Positions 8,559-18,600 of a DNA stretch of 60,603 nucleotides are shown here, in pieces. The notes beneath the pieces were generated by a model that saw nothing but the letters and a program-made list of their open reading frames with translations, was not told where the DNA came from and made no database searches. This DNA comes from Promethearchaeota archaeon (GTDB lineage: Archaea > Asgardarchaeota > Lokiarchaeia > Sigyniarchaeales > SOKP01): contig JAUWZR010000001.1 in NCBI GenBank assembly GCA_030615235.1, positions 1 through 60,603 of the forward strand. Reading direction: 5' to 3'. The position numbers and the translations under genes are program-made. The first letter of the stretch is position 1. Each line of letters opens with the position of its first letter.

Positions 8559-8816
8559 CTACACTTTTTCTTTCTTGATATAACGATAATAATCTATATG
8601 TTTTACTGTTGTATGAGATTCCCTAACAATCTTTACGATATCGCCTTCTTTTGCACCAATTGCTACTGAAACCGGGTCTTTTTCAAACATTTGGGGTAAA
8701 TCAGAAATATTAATTTTGTATTTTTCTAATAAATTCTTTGATTCTTCTTTCGTTAAAAGGTAATGTTTCGGGACTAGTTCATGAAACAAAACATCTATTT
8801 TTCTTTTCTTTGTCAA
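8559..8816 (-). CDS. rpoH: RNA polymerase subunit H (Rpo5)
   Basis: 85 aa with the HELVPKH block characteristic of RpoH/Rpb5 C-terminal domains. It is 45 nt upstream of rpoB. Confidence 0.9.
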   Translation of the reverse strand: MTKKRKIDVLFHELVPKHYLLTKEESKNLLEKYKINISDLPQMFEKDPVSVAIGAKEGDIVKIVRESHTTVKHIDYYRYIKKEKV

Positions 8817-8959
8817 AAAAATCCTCTTTCCTCGCTAATTATTTCAAAAAATATTCTATTTCTAAAAAATTTTTCCATTTTTACTATTATTCTCTTAAAT
8901 TTTTACAAACGCTAACCGTGGTATCGATATTTTAAATGATGAAGACTTCAACATTTCGC

Positions 8960-9598
8960 CTAAATTGACACTAAGCTGAAAATCCAATATCCTGATCTCT
9001 TAAAAGTTACGTTTATCTTTTCGTATAAACTTGAAAGATTTTGGATTAAATAATTGTAAATATAATTTGCTCCCATTTTTTTTTTTATTACAAATTGAAA
9101 TTGTCCATTTCTTTTCAGAAATGTTGGCATATCTTTGCACAATGCGAGAAATTCTTTTCTACCATTTCTTAGTGGAGGATTCATATAGATCGCTTCAAAT
9201 TTTATATTTTTGTTTTGTAAAGGTTTAAAATAGCTACCATGTAAAACTATTACTTTACCCGATCTTTCGGATAAATTATGCCTTATGTTCTCCCTAGTGC
9301 ACCAGAGTGCTCTTCTATTTGTATCAATTAAATAAACAGAGCTTCGCGGATTCAAATACGCTAGAACTATCCCTATAGCCCCATAACCACATCCCAAATC
9401 AAGTAAATAACCCTCTTTTTTAGGAAGAGTCATGTGTTCAATAAACACTTTTGTACCCAAATCTAACTTTTTATAGGAAAAAACTCCTGTAACCGTTTTA
9501 AACAAGTACAAATGGCGATGTAGGCTTACTGGAACTGTAAAGACTTTAACTCCAACGTTAGGAAATTGTGAAGAATAGTGTTGGTTTTTTTTCTCCAT
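8960..9598 (-). CDS. Class I SAM-dependent methyltransferase (MTS / RsmC-like small-domain family)
   Basis: LLDLGCGYGAIG (motif I) and MNPPLR (NPPx motif IV). Confidence 0.75.
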   Translation of the reverse strand: MEKKNQHYSSQFPNVGVKVFTVPVSLHRHLYLFKTVTGVFSYKKLDLGTKVFIEHMTLPKKEGYLLDLGCGYGAIGIVLAYLNPRSSVYLIDTNRRALWCTRENIRHNLSERSGKVIVLHGSYFKPLQNKNIKFEAIYMNPPLRNGRKEFLALCKDMPTFLKRNGQFQFVIKKKMGANYIYNYLIQNLSSLYEKINVTFKRSGYWIFSLVSI

Positions 9599-9614
9599 GT
9601 TCGTCGATCTTTTC

Positions 9615-10625
9615 CTATTTAGTTTTTATTTCTGACCACCTTGGATAGATGCCTCGTTCCATAAAAATTTTATTCGTTTTAGCAATGATTCCTGATTTCG
9701 CTTTGTAGATTTTCATGGCTCCCATTATGGCTGTGCCAAAACCTATTAATTCTTTTTTGAGGGTCATATACACAATTTGCATGTTAGATTGAATTCTTGC
9801 ATCAATGTAACACACTCCAGCAGAAGCTAGGTCTGCTCCATGGCATAAAGCGTCAACGGCAGTATCTCTCACATAAATTTTAGGGAGGTGTGATACGATC
9901 TTCTCCATAGGAAAAACAATTTTCCTTAAAAAAGAATCATCACTTTCATTTCTGTAAATGGTGTAAGCATCTTTTAGATTTTGTAGAGTTATTAAACTCT
10001 CATCTTCTCTAAAATGACCCACCCTCGTTCGTCTTAACTCCAGCATATGAGCTCCCGAGCATAAAGCTTCACCGATATCAAAGCAAAGTTTTCGAATATA
10101 CGTACCTGCTTCACATCCAACTTTAAACAAGATGTGGTTATTATTTACTTCTAGGACTTTTGCGTAGTAAATCTCTCTTACTCTTAATTTTCTCACAACT
10201 GAGGATTTAATTGGGGGAGTCTGATAAATTTGGCCCGTAAAAATTTTGAACACTTTTTCAATTTTTTTTAAATTTTCGGGTGCATGTAATAGCATAACTC
10301 CTACATATTCTTTCCCCGCATACAATAATGCCGAAAGAACTCGGGTAGCTTTACCAAGTGCACATGGTAATACGCCAGTAACTTTTGGATCTAATGTCCC
10401 CCCATGTCCTGAATTATCAATTTCTATAATTTTACGCGCCCACGAAACTACTTCATGACTTGTGGGACCACTTGGTTTATCTAAATTTATAACTCCATAT
10501 TTTAATAAGTCCTCTATCTTTCTTTTATCAGGTTCACATCCATAATCTGCATTAGTAACATCTTGGGATTTTACGAGCAATTGTTCTGATTCATCAGAAG
10601 GCAATCTAAATTCTGAATCTTGCAT
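9615..10625 (-). CDS. cbf5: H/ACA RNP pseudouridine synthase Cbf5 (TruB family)
   Basis: NLDKPSGPTSHEVV and GHGGTLDPKVTG catalytic blocks, with a C-terminal PUA-like region. 336 aa. Confidence 0.92.
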   Translation of the reverse strand: MQDSEFRLPSDESEQLLVKSQDVTNADYGCEPDKRKIEDLLKYGVINLDKPSGPTSHEVVSWARKIIEIDNSGHGGTLDPKVTGVLPCALGKATRVLSALLYAGKEYVGVMLLHAPENLKKIEKVFKIFTGQIYQTPPIKSSVVRKLRVREIYYAKVLEVNNNHILFKVGCEAGTYIRKLCFDIGEALCSGAHMLELRRTRVGHFREDESLITLQNLKDAYTIYRNESDDSFLRKIVFPMEKIVSHLPKIYVRDTAVDALCHGADLASAGVCYIDARIQSNMQIVYMTLKKELIGFGTAIMGAMKIYKAKSGIIAKTNKIFMERGIYPRWSEIKTK

Positions 10626-10772
10626 ATGGATTAACTGAAAAGGGATAATATTACGAATAGTAATTCACGGTGGAATTAATGTTTATCGATTGTTGGATTC
10701 AAACTAAAAGATGAAAAACGATCACATATTTTTGATTTACACTTTATTGTAATACGGAATTATAGAGAATTG

Positions 10773-10876
10773 CGGGCCATGTGGGAATTTCGGGTTTGTA
10801 CTACGCGAACAAACATATCGAACCCACGACCTTCAGGTTAAAAGCCTGCTGCGCTACCTGCCTGCGCTAATGGCCC
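10773..10876 (-). tRNA. tRNA-Lys(UUU) with a ~30-nt intron in the T-loop (non-canonical position)
   Basis: The reverse complement reads GGGCCAT-TA-GCGC-AGGCAGGTA-GCGC-A-GCAGG-CTTTTAA-CCTGA-AGGTC-GTGGG-TTCGA[~30 nt]TT-CCCAC-ATGGCCC-G. The acceptor and T stems pair perfectly only if about 10788-10817 is removed. There is one G.A mismatch at 27:43. Confidence 0.75.
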
Positions 10877-11024
10877 AAATCTTAAGATTAGAGTCGAGAT
10901 AAGATGCAAAACTTGTTAAATTGTTATTTAAATAAAAATACAATAGATCAAATCTATAATAATTTATAACTTTTTCTGTAATCATCTATGTAGTACCTTC
11001 TGTGAATGATTTCCTTAAGTTAAG

Positions 11025-12041
11025 CTATCTGAAATGTTCATAGCCTTGATTTTTTAGTTCAAACCTTTTACTCTTTTTTAAAAAATAGATTTTCTCGTCA
11101 GAAATTGCTTTTCCCACTTTAAATAGCCTCCCTCCTTTAGATTTAACTAACCGTTGAGCTTTATCAAAATCATCTGGATCAATTGCAAATAGATGAATGA
11201 ATTCCTCTCCTCCTTCAAATATCAATTTTTCTAACGATATAGAAAATTCTATTGAGTATTCCTTAGCTTCTTCGTGAATCAAATTGTCATTGAAATCAAT
11301 TTCAAAGCCCAAGTTAGGATTAGATAAAGCAAAGTCTTTTAAAGTTTTTGATAAGCCATCAGAAGAGTCTATACTGGCCGTAGCTAATTTATTATCTGCC
11401 AGAATATAAGCTTCATTTCCCAAGTCGTTTGGTTCCAGAACACTATTTATTGCCACGCGATATTTAGAGAAATCTTTAACATTCACATCTCTGTGTAAGA
11501 GGATATCAAAACCTACACCAGTTAGGCCAAATTTGTTGTTTATTGCTAGTAAATCCCCTGGGTTTATACCTTTCCGATAGATTATCTCCGTAGGATTCTT
11601 AAAACCAAACACAGTTGGATTTATGATAATCTCTTTAGAAGTGTTAAGATCGCCCCCAAGATAATTAAGATTCCATTTATTCGAGTAGTCGACAATACCC
11701 TCTATTAATCGTTTAAAATTTTCGACAGATAAATCATTAGGAAGCCCTAACGAAACTATAATACCTTCTGGTTTTACACCCTTAACAACAAGATCGCTAA
11801 GATTCATGAGAACAGACTTAAGCCCCATCTGATAGAAATTCATCTGTTTTGGAGCATCAGTTGTAGCGTTAAACATGTCTGAATTAAGAACAAGACATTT
11901 TCCTTCTTTTAGGTATCTATATTTAAAAAAAAAAGAATCGTCTCTTCGTAACCTTTTACCTGTTTTGCCATAAATTACCTTATCTATTAATTCTATTAGT
12001 CCCAATTCACCTAAAAAATTAATATTTTCGTTCTGTTTCAT
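11025..12041 (-). CDS. thiL: Thiamine-monophosphate kinase-like protein (PurM/AIR-synthase superfamily)
   Basis: GELGLIELI, LVLNSDMF, NLSDLVVKGVKPEGIIVSLGLP, GGDLN and INPGDLLAINNKFGLTG occur in the order typical of ThiL. Confidence 0.7.
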   Translation of the reverse strand: MKQNENINFLGELGLIELIDKVIYGKTGKRLRRDDSFFFKYRYLKEGKCLVLNSDMFNATTDAPKQMNFYQMGLKSVLMNLSDLVVKGVKPEGIIVSLGLPNDLSVENFKRLIEGIVDYSNKWNLNYLGGDLNTSKEIIINPTVFGFKNPTEIIYRKGINPGDLLAINNKFGLTGVGFDILLHRDVNVKDFSKYRVAINSVLEPNDLGNEAYILADNKLATASIDSSDGLSKTLKDFALSNPNLGFEIDFNDNLIHEEAKEYSIEFSISLEKLIFEGGEEFIHLFAIDPDDFDKAQRLVKSKGGRLFKVGKAISDEKIYFLKKSKRFELKNQGYEHFR

Positions 12042-12093
12042 TAGTAAAATTTTATAATTTTCTAAAATTTATAATTTCTATATTAATTCGTTT

Positions 12094-12183
12094 GCCTTTG
12101 TGGCTTAGTCGTAGAGCGACTGATTCGTAAAATCCTCGATTCGAATCATCAGTAGGCCGGGGGTTCAAATCCCCCCAAAGGCT
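12094..12183 (+). tRNA. tRNA-Thr(CGU) with an ~18-nt canonical (37/38) intron
   Basis: GCCTTTG-TG-GCTT-AGTCGTA-GAGC-G-ACTGA-TTCGTA[12130-12147]A-TCAGT-AGGCC-GGGGG-TTCAAAT-CCCCC-CAAAGGC-T. Discriminator is U. Confidence 0.8.
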
Positions 12184-12187
12184 CTCG

Positions 12188-13204
12188 TTAAAGGGCTTGA
12201 GTTTCAATAAATTTTCTAATTATTTGTAAAGCAAGCATTTTGAAGGCATCGTTTATATTTTCTCCTGTTTTTGCGGAGGTTTCGATATAAGTCAATGTTA
12301 ATTTTTGCGCTAATACCTCTCCTTCGTCGCGAGATACTACTCTCTCAGACTCTAAGTCTATTTTATTTCCCACTAAAAGGAGGGCAATATTAGGGGAAGC
12401 TTTTTTAATCTCAAGATACCAATTTTTATTAATATTTTCGAAACTAGATCGATTAGTTACGTCGTAGACTAAAATACCCGCTTCGGCGTTAGATAGATAC
12501 GACTGTCTAACGCGTTTAAACTGAGCTTGACCCGCTAAATCCCATATTATGAACCTTATAGTGCTTTCAAGTTCTTTAAACGTGCACTCCTTCTTCATAA
12601 TAGAAGTCCCAATAGTGGATTTATAATCCGTTTCAAACTCATTTTCAACATATCTATGCACCATACTCGTTTTACCTACTGCTCCGTCACCTCCTAGAAT
12701 TAATTTAAAGGCATATTCTCTTGATTTGATTTTAACTTTTTGAAGTTTATTCAGTCTTCGCTGAATAGTGTCAGTACTACTCTCTGCAACTAATTTAGGT
12801 ATAACGGGGCTTACAGTTCTACCGTCAAAAATTCTTGCGATTTTCTCAGCAGCCAAGTAAGCATAAGGGAAAACTGAATCAATACCTGCTATAGCATCCA
12901 GAACAGTAACTAAAACTGCTTCTGGACCAGATTCGCAAAATATGAACCTATAATCTTCTGTATCGAAGGTTCCCGTTCCAAAGGATCCTGAATTAAATTC
13001 TTTAGTAATTCTAGTTAAAACAGGTTCTACTAAAGCATTTACACCGCTGATTATTTCTTCGTCAAGCGATTTTTCTGAAGACCCTACTAAAGAATCCATG
13101 ATCAATCCGTCTCTATTTACTACAAGAGCAGCAACTAAATTATCACCAAGACTCTGCTTGTACCACCCTAATAACGCAGCTAATTTTTTTGTATCGACTG
13201 ACAA
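12188..13204 (-). CDS. Roadblock/LC7 (MglB-like) domain fused to a Ras/Rab-like small GTPase
   Basis: The N-terminal ~130 aa has a Roadblock-like pattern (LVAALVVNRDGLIMDS ... AVLVTVLD). The C-terminal half has G1 GDGAVGKTS, G3 DLAGQ, G4 NKIDL and G5 ETSAK. Confidence 0.85.
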   Translation of the reverse strand: MSVDTKKLAALLGWYKQSLGDNLVAALVVNRDGLIMDSLVGSSEKSLDEEIISGVNALVEPVLTRITKEFNSGSFGTGTFDTEDYRFIFCESGPEAVLVTVLDAIAGIDSVFPYAYLAAEKIARIFDGRTVSPVIPKLVAESSTDTIQRRLNKLQKVKIKSREYAFKLILGGDGAVGKTSMVHRYVENEFETDYKSTIGTSIMKKECTFKELESTIRFIIWDLAGQAQFKRVRQSYLSNAEAGILVYDVTNRSSFENINKNWYLEIKKASPNIALLLVGNKIDLESERVVSRDEGEVLAQKLTLTYIETSAKTGENINDAFKMLALQIIRKFIETQAL

Positions 13205-13345
13205 TTTTTTAAAACATCTTTTTTTAAGAATTAAATAGCACTTTGATATTAATATGTAAATGTTCTTGCATAAAAATTTTTTTACTATAAAAAAGTAGGA
13301 ATTAACTGGTTAGACGATTGCATCAACAAAAAAACGCTGGGAAAT

Positions 13346-14191
13346 TCATTCACCTTTAAAAACTGGTTTTCTCTTCTCCAAGAACGCATTAATACCTTCT
13401 TGAAAATCTTTAGTCTTAGCACAAATTTTTATCTTTTCAGATTCATTTTTTAAATGCGATATAAAATCGTTTTTATAGGAATTATTTAACAAATCTTTTA
13501 TATTTTGATAAGCGATCGTAGGACCTTGGCTTATTTTTAATGTTATTTTCTTTACTTCGGTTAAGAAATCTTTTTCATCTGAAATAGTCATCGATACTAA
13601 TCCAAAATTCTTTGCTTCCTTTGCTGTAATTGTTCGATTTAAGAGGATCATTTCTGTTGCAAGGGATAAACCTACTAATTTTGGTAAGTAATAGGATGTT
13701 GAAGAATCAGGTGATAATCCAATCCCTGCGAAAGCAGCTCCAAAATTTACACTGTCGCGGCAAATTCTTATATCGCAGCTACAAGCATAACCGAGAGACG
13801 CTCCAAAACATGGGCCATTAATCGCCGCTAAAGAGACAACGCCCAAATCCTTCAATAATATTATCCCTTCGTGTAATTTATTTGCTAGTTTACCCATAAA
13901 CTCTTGAGGTGCCTTGGCTTCTTTAAATTCCTTTATATCACCCCCCACCGAAAAAATTTCCCCCATTCCCGTGATAATAAGGCATTTTAAAGATTTTAAA
14001 GATTTTAAATCATTAATAGCTAAGCAAAAATCACTTACAAGGTTAAAATTAAAAGCATTCCTTGATTTTGGTCTGTTAAAATAGAGGGTTACGATTCCAT
14101 TGGATTCGTTTAACTCAACTTTAATATTATCGTACTTAAACATATAAATCAGTTCTAAAAAAATACTTAAATGATAATAGAATCTAAACAA
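13346..14191 (-). CDS. Enoyl-CoA hydratase/isomerase (crotonase) family protein
   Basis: TLYFNRPKSRNAF, GGDIKEF and AAINGPCFGA blocks. The likelier start is the internal Met (MFKYDN) at 14143. Confidence 0.85.
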   Translation of the reverse strand: MFRFYYHLSIFLELIYMFKYDNIKVELNESNGIVTLYFNRPKSRNAFNFNLVSDFCLAINDLKSLKSLKCLIITGMGEIFSVGGDIKEFKEAKAPQEFMGKLANKLHEGIILLKDLGVVSLAAINGPCFGASLGYACSCDIRICRDSVNFGAAFAGIGLSPDSSTSYYLPKLVGLSLATEMILLNRTITAKEAKNFGLVSMTISDEKDFLTEVKKITLKISQGPTIAYQNIKDLLNNSYKNDFISHLKNESEKIKICAKTKDFQEGINAFLEKRKPVFKGE

Positions 14192-14292
14192 ATAAAATTT
14201 TTAACATTTCATTAATTTAATTCGATTAAAATAAGTTTTATTTGTATTTAATTCTTATAAAGAAATATAACTTTTTTTACTCGTAATATCAA

Positions 14293-14377
14293 GCAGGAGT
14301 TGCCAAGCCTGGTCAACGGTGCTAGACCGAGGCTCTAGTCTCATAGGAGTTCGAGGGTTCGAATCCCTCCTCCTGCA
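14293..14377 (+). tRNA. tRNA-Leu(GAG), class II with a long variable arm
   Basis: GCAGGAG-TT-GCC-AAGCCTGGTCAAC-GGT-G-CTAGA-CCGAGGC-TCTAG-[TCTCATAGGAGTTC]-GAGGG-TTCGAAT-CCCTC-CTCCTGC-A. The D-arm is typical of archaeal tRNA-Leu, with G37 and A73. It is followed by a T-run. Confidence 0.85.
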
Positions 14378-14440
14378 TTTTTTATTTAATCTGTAATCTA
14401 CATAAAACCTAAAATAAAATATAAAACAAATATTAAAAAG

Positions 14441-15667
14441 TTGACAAGTATTGAGAAATTTATGAATACCATTTTAAGCTTAAACCTAAATCATCTAGAT
14501 GCCTCAATAAATCATGTTAAGGCTTTAGCTTATACTCGTTCGCCTTTCTCCACGGGAGAAACTAAAGCAGCTCTGTACATCAGAAATGAGATGAATAAGG
14601 AGGATATAGAATGCAGTACTAATTATTTCGACTTTACTGGAGCTAAAAGGATATTTATGAGACTGACTTATATCATTTTATTTACTTATCTGATAATTTT
14701 TCGTTTGTTATTAGTACTCGTTGCTTATTTTTCTATCAAGTACGTTTTTGCACGCTTCCGAAATTACTCGTTAGTAGGAAAGGAGGAATCAAAAAATGTA
14801 GTTGCAAAAATTAAATCTGCCAAAAAGCAGGAGAAACCTCCAGTTGTAATATTGTCCGCTCATTACGACACTTTTTCCGCAAATCTTCCGTATGGGTTAC
14901 AAAAAGTTATCTTCTTCTTTTTTAGAATTATTTTTATCCCTTATGTTATATTCGCTTTGCTTGTTGTATACGTCATTTTTTTCATTGAAGGACAGAGAGA
15001 AACAACTGAGTTGATACTTACATTTACGTTAGTTGAATTTGTTATGACAACAATTATCTTTTTACTTATATACGATAATAACCGCTCTAAGGGATCTATT
15101 GATAACGCTAGTGGAGTTGCCATTTTAATTGAACTAACAAAATTATTCAAAAGGAATCCCCTTGAAAATTACGATGTAATTGTATTATGGAGTAGCGCTG
15201 AAGAATGGGGTTTAAAAGGATCGAAAGCTTTTTGTAAGAGACACCGCGATTACTTAAGAAATAACTATGATTTAAATCGTTCTTTCAACATAAATGTAGA
15301 TATGATCGGATCATACATAGGACTTGAAACCAAACGCTCATTACATTTAAGACGTAGGAAAGATTTGTTTGACTTAAATAAAAAACTTGAAGAAACCGCA
15401 AATGATTTGAATATTCCAATGACTGTGACTGATAAAATCTTAGGATCTAAAGCAGATCACAAATCTTTTCGATCATTTGCTAAAAAAACTAAATCATCGT
15501 TTCAAGTTGCCTACTTTCATTCTGCAAAAGATTCTAAATTCATACATTCCTCTAAAGACACTCCTGATAAATGCCACCCCGAAAATTTGAATGGTTGCTT
15601 GGAAATTTGTTATACTACAATAAGATCTATTGATGTAATGGATTTTTCTTCAAAAGAAATTAGATAA
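14441..15667 (+). CDS. M28-family metallopeptidase with membrane-spanning segments
   Basis: VVILSAHYDT, DNASGVAILIEL and EEWGLKGS are M28 metal-ligand blocks. Strongly hydrophobic stretches lie before and between them. Confidence 0.75.
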   Translation: MTSIEKFMNTILSLNLNHLDASINHVKALAYTRSPFSTGETKAALYIRNEMNKEDIECSTNYFDFTGAKRIFMRLTYIILFTYLIIFRLLLVLVAYFSIKYVFARFRNYSLVGKEESKNVVAKIKSAKKQEKPPVVILSAHYDTFSANLPYGLQKVIFFFFRIIFIPYVIFALLVVYVIFFIEGQRETTELILTFTLVEFVMTTIIFLLIYDNNRSKGSIDNASGVAILIELTKLFKRNPLENYDVIVLWSSAEEWGLKGSKAFCKRHRDYLRNNYDLNRSFNINVDMIGSYIGLETKRSLHLRRRKDLFDLNKKLEETANDLNIPMTVTDKILGSKADHKSFRSFAKKTKSSFQVAYFHSAKDSKFIHSSKDTPDKCHPENLNGCLEICYTTIRSIDVMDFSSKEIR

Positions 15668-18600
15668 CTTCTGTTGCTTAATCTTAGGATTATTCGTGAG
15701 ACTTTCAACGTATTCTGCTATTAGTTCCATCCGTTGTATAGTATAAGCGTCCAAATTAAAATCTCTGCTAATTTTTAAAGCTTTTGGGATATATTTTTCA
15801 ATTCCACCGCGATTGACTGTCAATATAACGTTACCTCCACATTTTAGACACTTTCCCGCATTTGAAAGGGGTGGACGTCTATATTTCTCGTTACATTTCA
15901 CGCACCTAAAATTCTGTACAGCATATTTTCTTAGGTTTCCCATAATATCGGGATTAAAGTGTGTTGTCAAAATCTTCTCAGCAACCTTTTTATCGTTGAC
16001 TGCTTTTATAATTTTAGCTAGGTACAGTTGCGCGTTTATTTTATCTTCCATACTTGCATAGGTCTTATATGCTGTAGTTGTAGGACCTTCGTTAATATCG
16101 TTTGTTGGTATGTTAAAACCTAGGTTTTCGTATTGCGCTGACGTTCCTAACCGGCTTTTCACTAAATTCATTTTCTTTTCTAGCTCAAATGGCATAAGAT
16201 ATTTTTGTGTTGCTGTATAAAACTCTAGAGGATATTTAAACAATGTGTCGATATTATGAGCTTCATTATCGATTTCATTCGGGTCTAATAAAGAGGATAT
16301 CACTAAGGTAGCGTCCATTCTACCTCCTATTTTGTTTGGTAAATAATACCTCGAGAAATTTAACAATGGATCTAAAAGAAGCATAATCCCATCTTCGTCT
16401 CCATCGCAGTTTCTGCGTTTCGCTGCATGCCAAAAGGGATGGGCGTAAATCGATCTTGCGGGCGAAAAACCAATGATTCTACCGATAATTCCTGCGCTAG
16501 TATGAGGAGCAAGTCCTACAACTAAATGGCCAATCAAATCTTCTCTCTTAGTGACGCTGTAAAATTTGTCTAGATTATAAAACAATTCTAATTCATCGTC
16601 TATAAACTTAGCAATTTTAATAAAGTACTTAGCGCAATCGTCTGAAAGGATGACGTCCTGCACTTGAAGCTCTATAATCTGATTTTCGTTATCTAATTCG
16701 TTAGCTTTATAGTCAAATTTATATCCTAATTCGATTAACCTGCTTACAGGAGTTGCAATTTCTTTAGGTTTGAAATGAGTTAATGGAATATCTGTAGCGT
16801 CGTATCGAACTTCTGCGGTTTTATACACTAATAACCCATTTTTTGCTCTTAGAATTCCCTTCATTAACGGTTCTGGGACTTTAAATTGATTTGTCAATCC
16901 TAGAATTCCTTTAAATTTATCCGGTAATGACATATTTAATGAGCTGAGTATTGTTTTTGAATAATTTCGTATATTAAAAGAAGCTTTCTTAGAGGAGTTT
17001 AATAAGCCTCCGCATTGTTGGCACTTTTCCTCGCTTTTATTGTAATATTTATTACATTTTAGACATATTTTCTGAAATTCGGTATGAAATCCACATTCAG
17101 GGCATAGGTTAAATGGAGTAATGGATGAACAATTCGGACATTTCTTTCTACATATATCAATTTTTATTCTTTCCAGCTCAATCGCCTTCTTTACCAATCT
17201 TGTATTACCAACTTTATCGCTGAGAGGAAATAAGCTTTGAACGCCTTTCATGCTCTTTCTTTCAGACTTCTCAGGGCGTCCCATGCGAGTCCCCATAAAA
17301 TACGGAGCTTTATTTCTAATTTCGATAGGAGAAATGCTCGAAAAATAATTGAAGACATTGTCTTCATTTTTCATATCAACAAGTTCTTTATGGTTTAAAT
17401 TGAATATTGTTTCGTATATTTCCGTCGTTGTGTCATCTAGAATAATATAACTTTCATTAACTATATGAGGAACAAATGCTCTTTCTAAAATTTCCTTAAT
17501 GCTAGTACTATTTTTTAAATTTATTTTCTTAAGTTTATCATCATAGCTGGTAGTTAAAGCTTCTCTTAAAGTACTCAAATCACTTACGGAAATATTACCC
17601 CAAAAATCAGTGTATTTAGGATGCAAGGGCACAGCAAATTTTTTTGCTAAACTAATGGCCTCTTTTGCTGAGGGAATGTTATTAAAAGGATCTTCGATAA
17701 ATTTACTTAAATCACTGTTTGATCTTTGTTCCGTTTTTAATGCTTCTTCTAATTCTAAAGCCCACCATTCTTCAACATACCCAGATGGAACCAATTTGTG
17801 ATTATTCTCAGAGAACTCCCCAAATCCAAAGAGAATATCTCCCAGAAAAAGAATTTCTTTTATATCTTGAAAGATTTCTTTTGCCTTTATTGCGCTCGAA
17901 ATCCTAACTATGTTTCCATTTTTGAGTTTTACTATAGGTGATTCTATCGAGTTCACAGGACAAATACTGGTACTTTTTCCAGGTCTTTCAATTCTCAATT
18001 GTGTTCCAATTGCTATAAACCCGTCTAAAATAGTCATAGTCGCAGGATGGAGTCCCGCCGCAGCTAATCCTGTATTACGCGATCTTCCATAACGTATTCT
18101 GTGTCCGCCAATTTTGGAAGGATGGCTAAAAACTGGTCGTCCAGCGAGAATATCAGAAACATATTTAGAGTTAGGTGTGATTCTAATAGTAGATTTGCTC
18201 TCTAAATCATCCTTTTTATTTACCTTCTCATCCTTTTGTGCGATATCTTTTAGTTTTCCTAACCAATTCCAACCTTCTAATTTCATATTTTGAGCAATCT
18301 TAAGAAGTTTTGGAGCTTTAAGTAATATTCCATCGTTTAATACTAAACAAGCACCTCCTCGAATTTTATTCGTTTCGATTCTAGGTAAGCCCCTAAAAGC
18401 TGATACTTCTTCATCTTCAGTAGGATCTCCAGTTATCTCAACAGGTAAATGTTCAACGGCGTATCGAATTTCATCGTTAGATGAGGGATATTGCAAGTGA
18501 ACTCTCCGATCGTATAATTTGACTTCTTCAACGTATCTTCCTATTTCACCTTCAGTCGCTTCATATTTTGGAATATTTGATCGTTTCCTAACATAATCCG

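Noticed and set aside
8936-8979. C-box-like ATGATGA (8936-8942) and D-box-like CTGA (8976-8979), a possible C/D box sRNA
   Set aside because: The boxes are only about 44 nt apart, I could not find convincing internal D'/C' boxes or a terminal stem, and the 3' part overlaps the end of the methyltransferase gene. In AT-rich sequence these short motifs arise by chance.
13984-14010. Tandem 9-nt repeat ATTTTAAAG, about 3 copies
   Set aside because: It is in frame within the enoyl-CoA hydratase gene, where it encodes LKSLKSLK. It is too short and unspaced to be a CRISPR array or regulatory repeat, so it is probably a slippage polymorphism. I saw no CRISPR array anywhere in the window.
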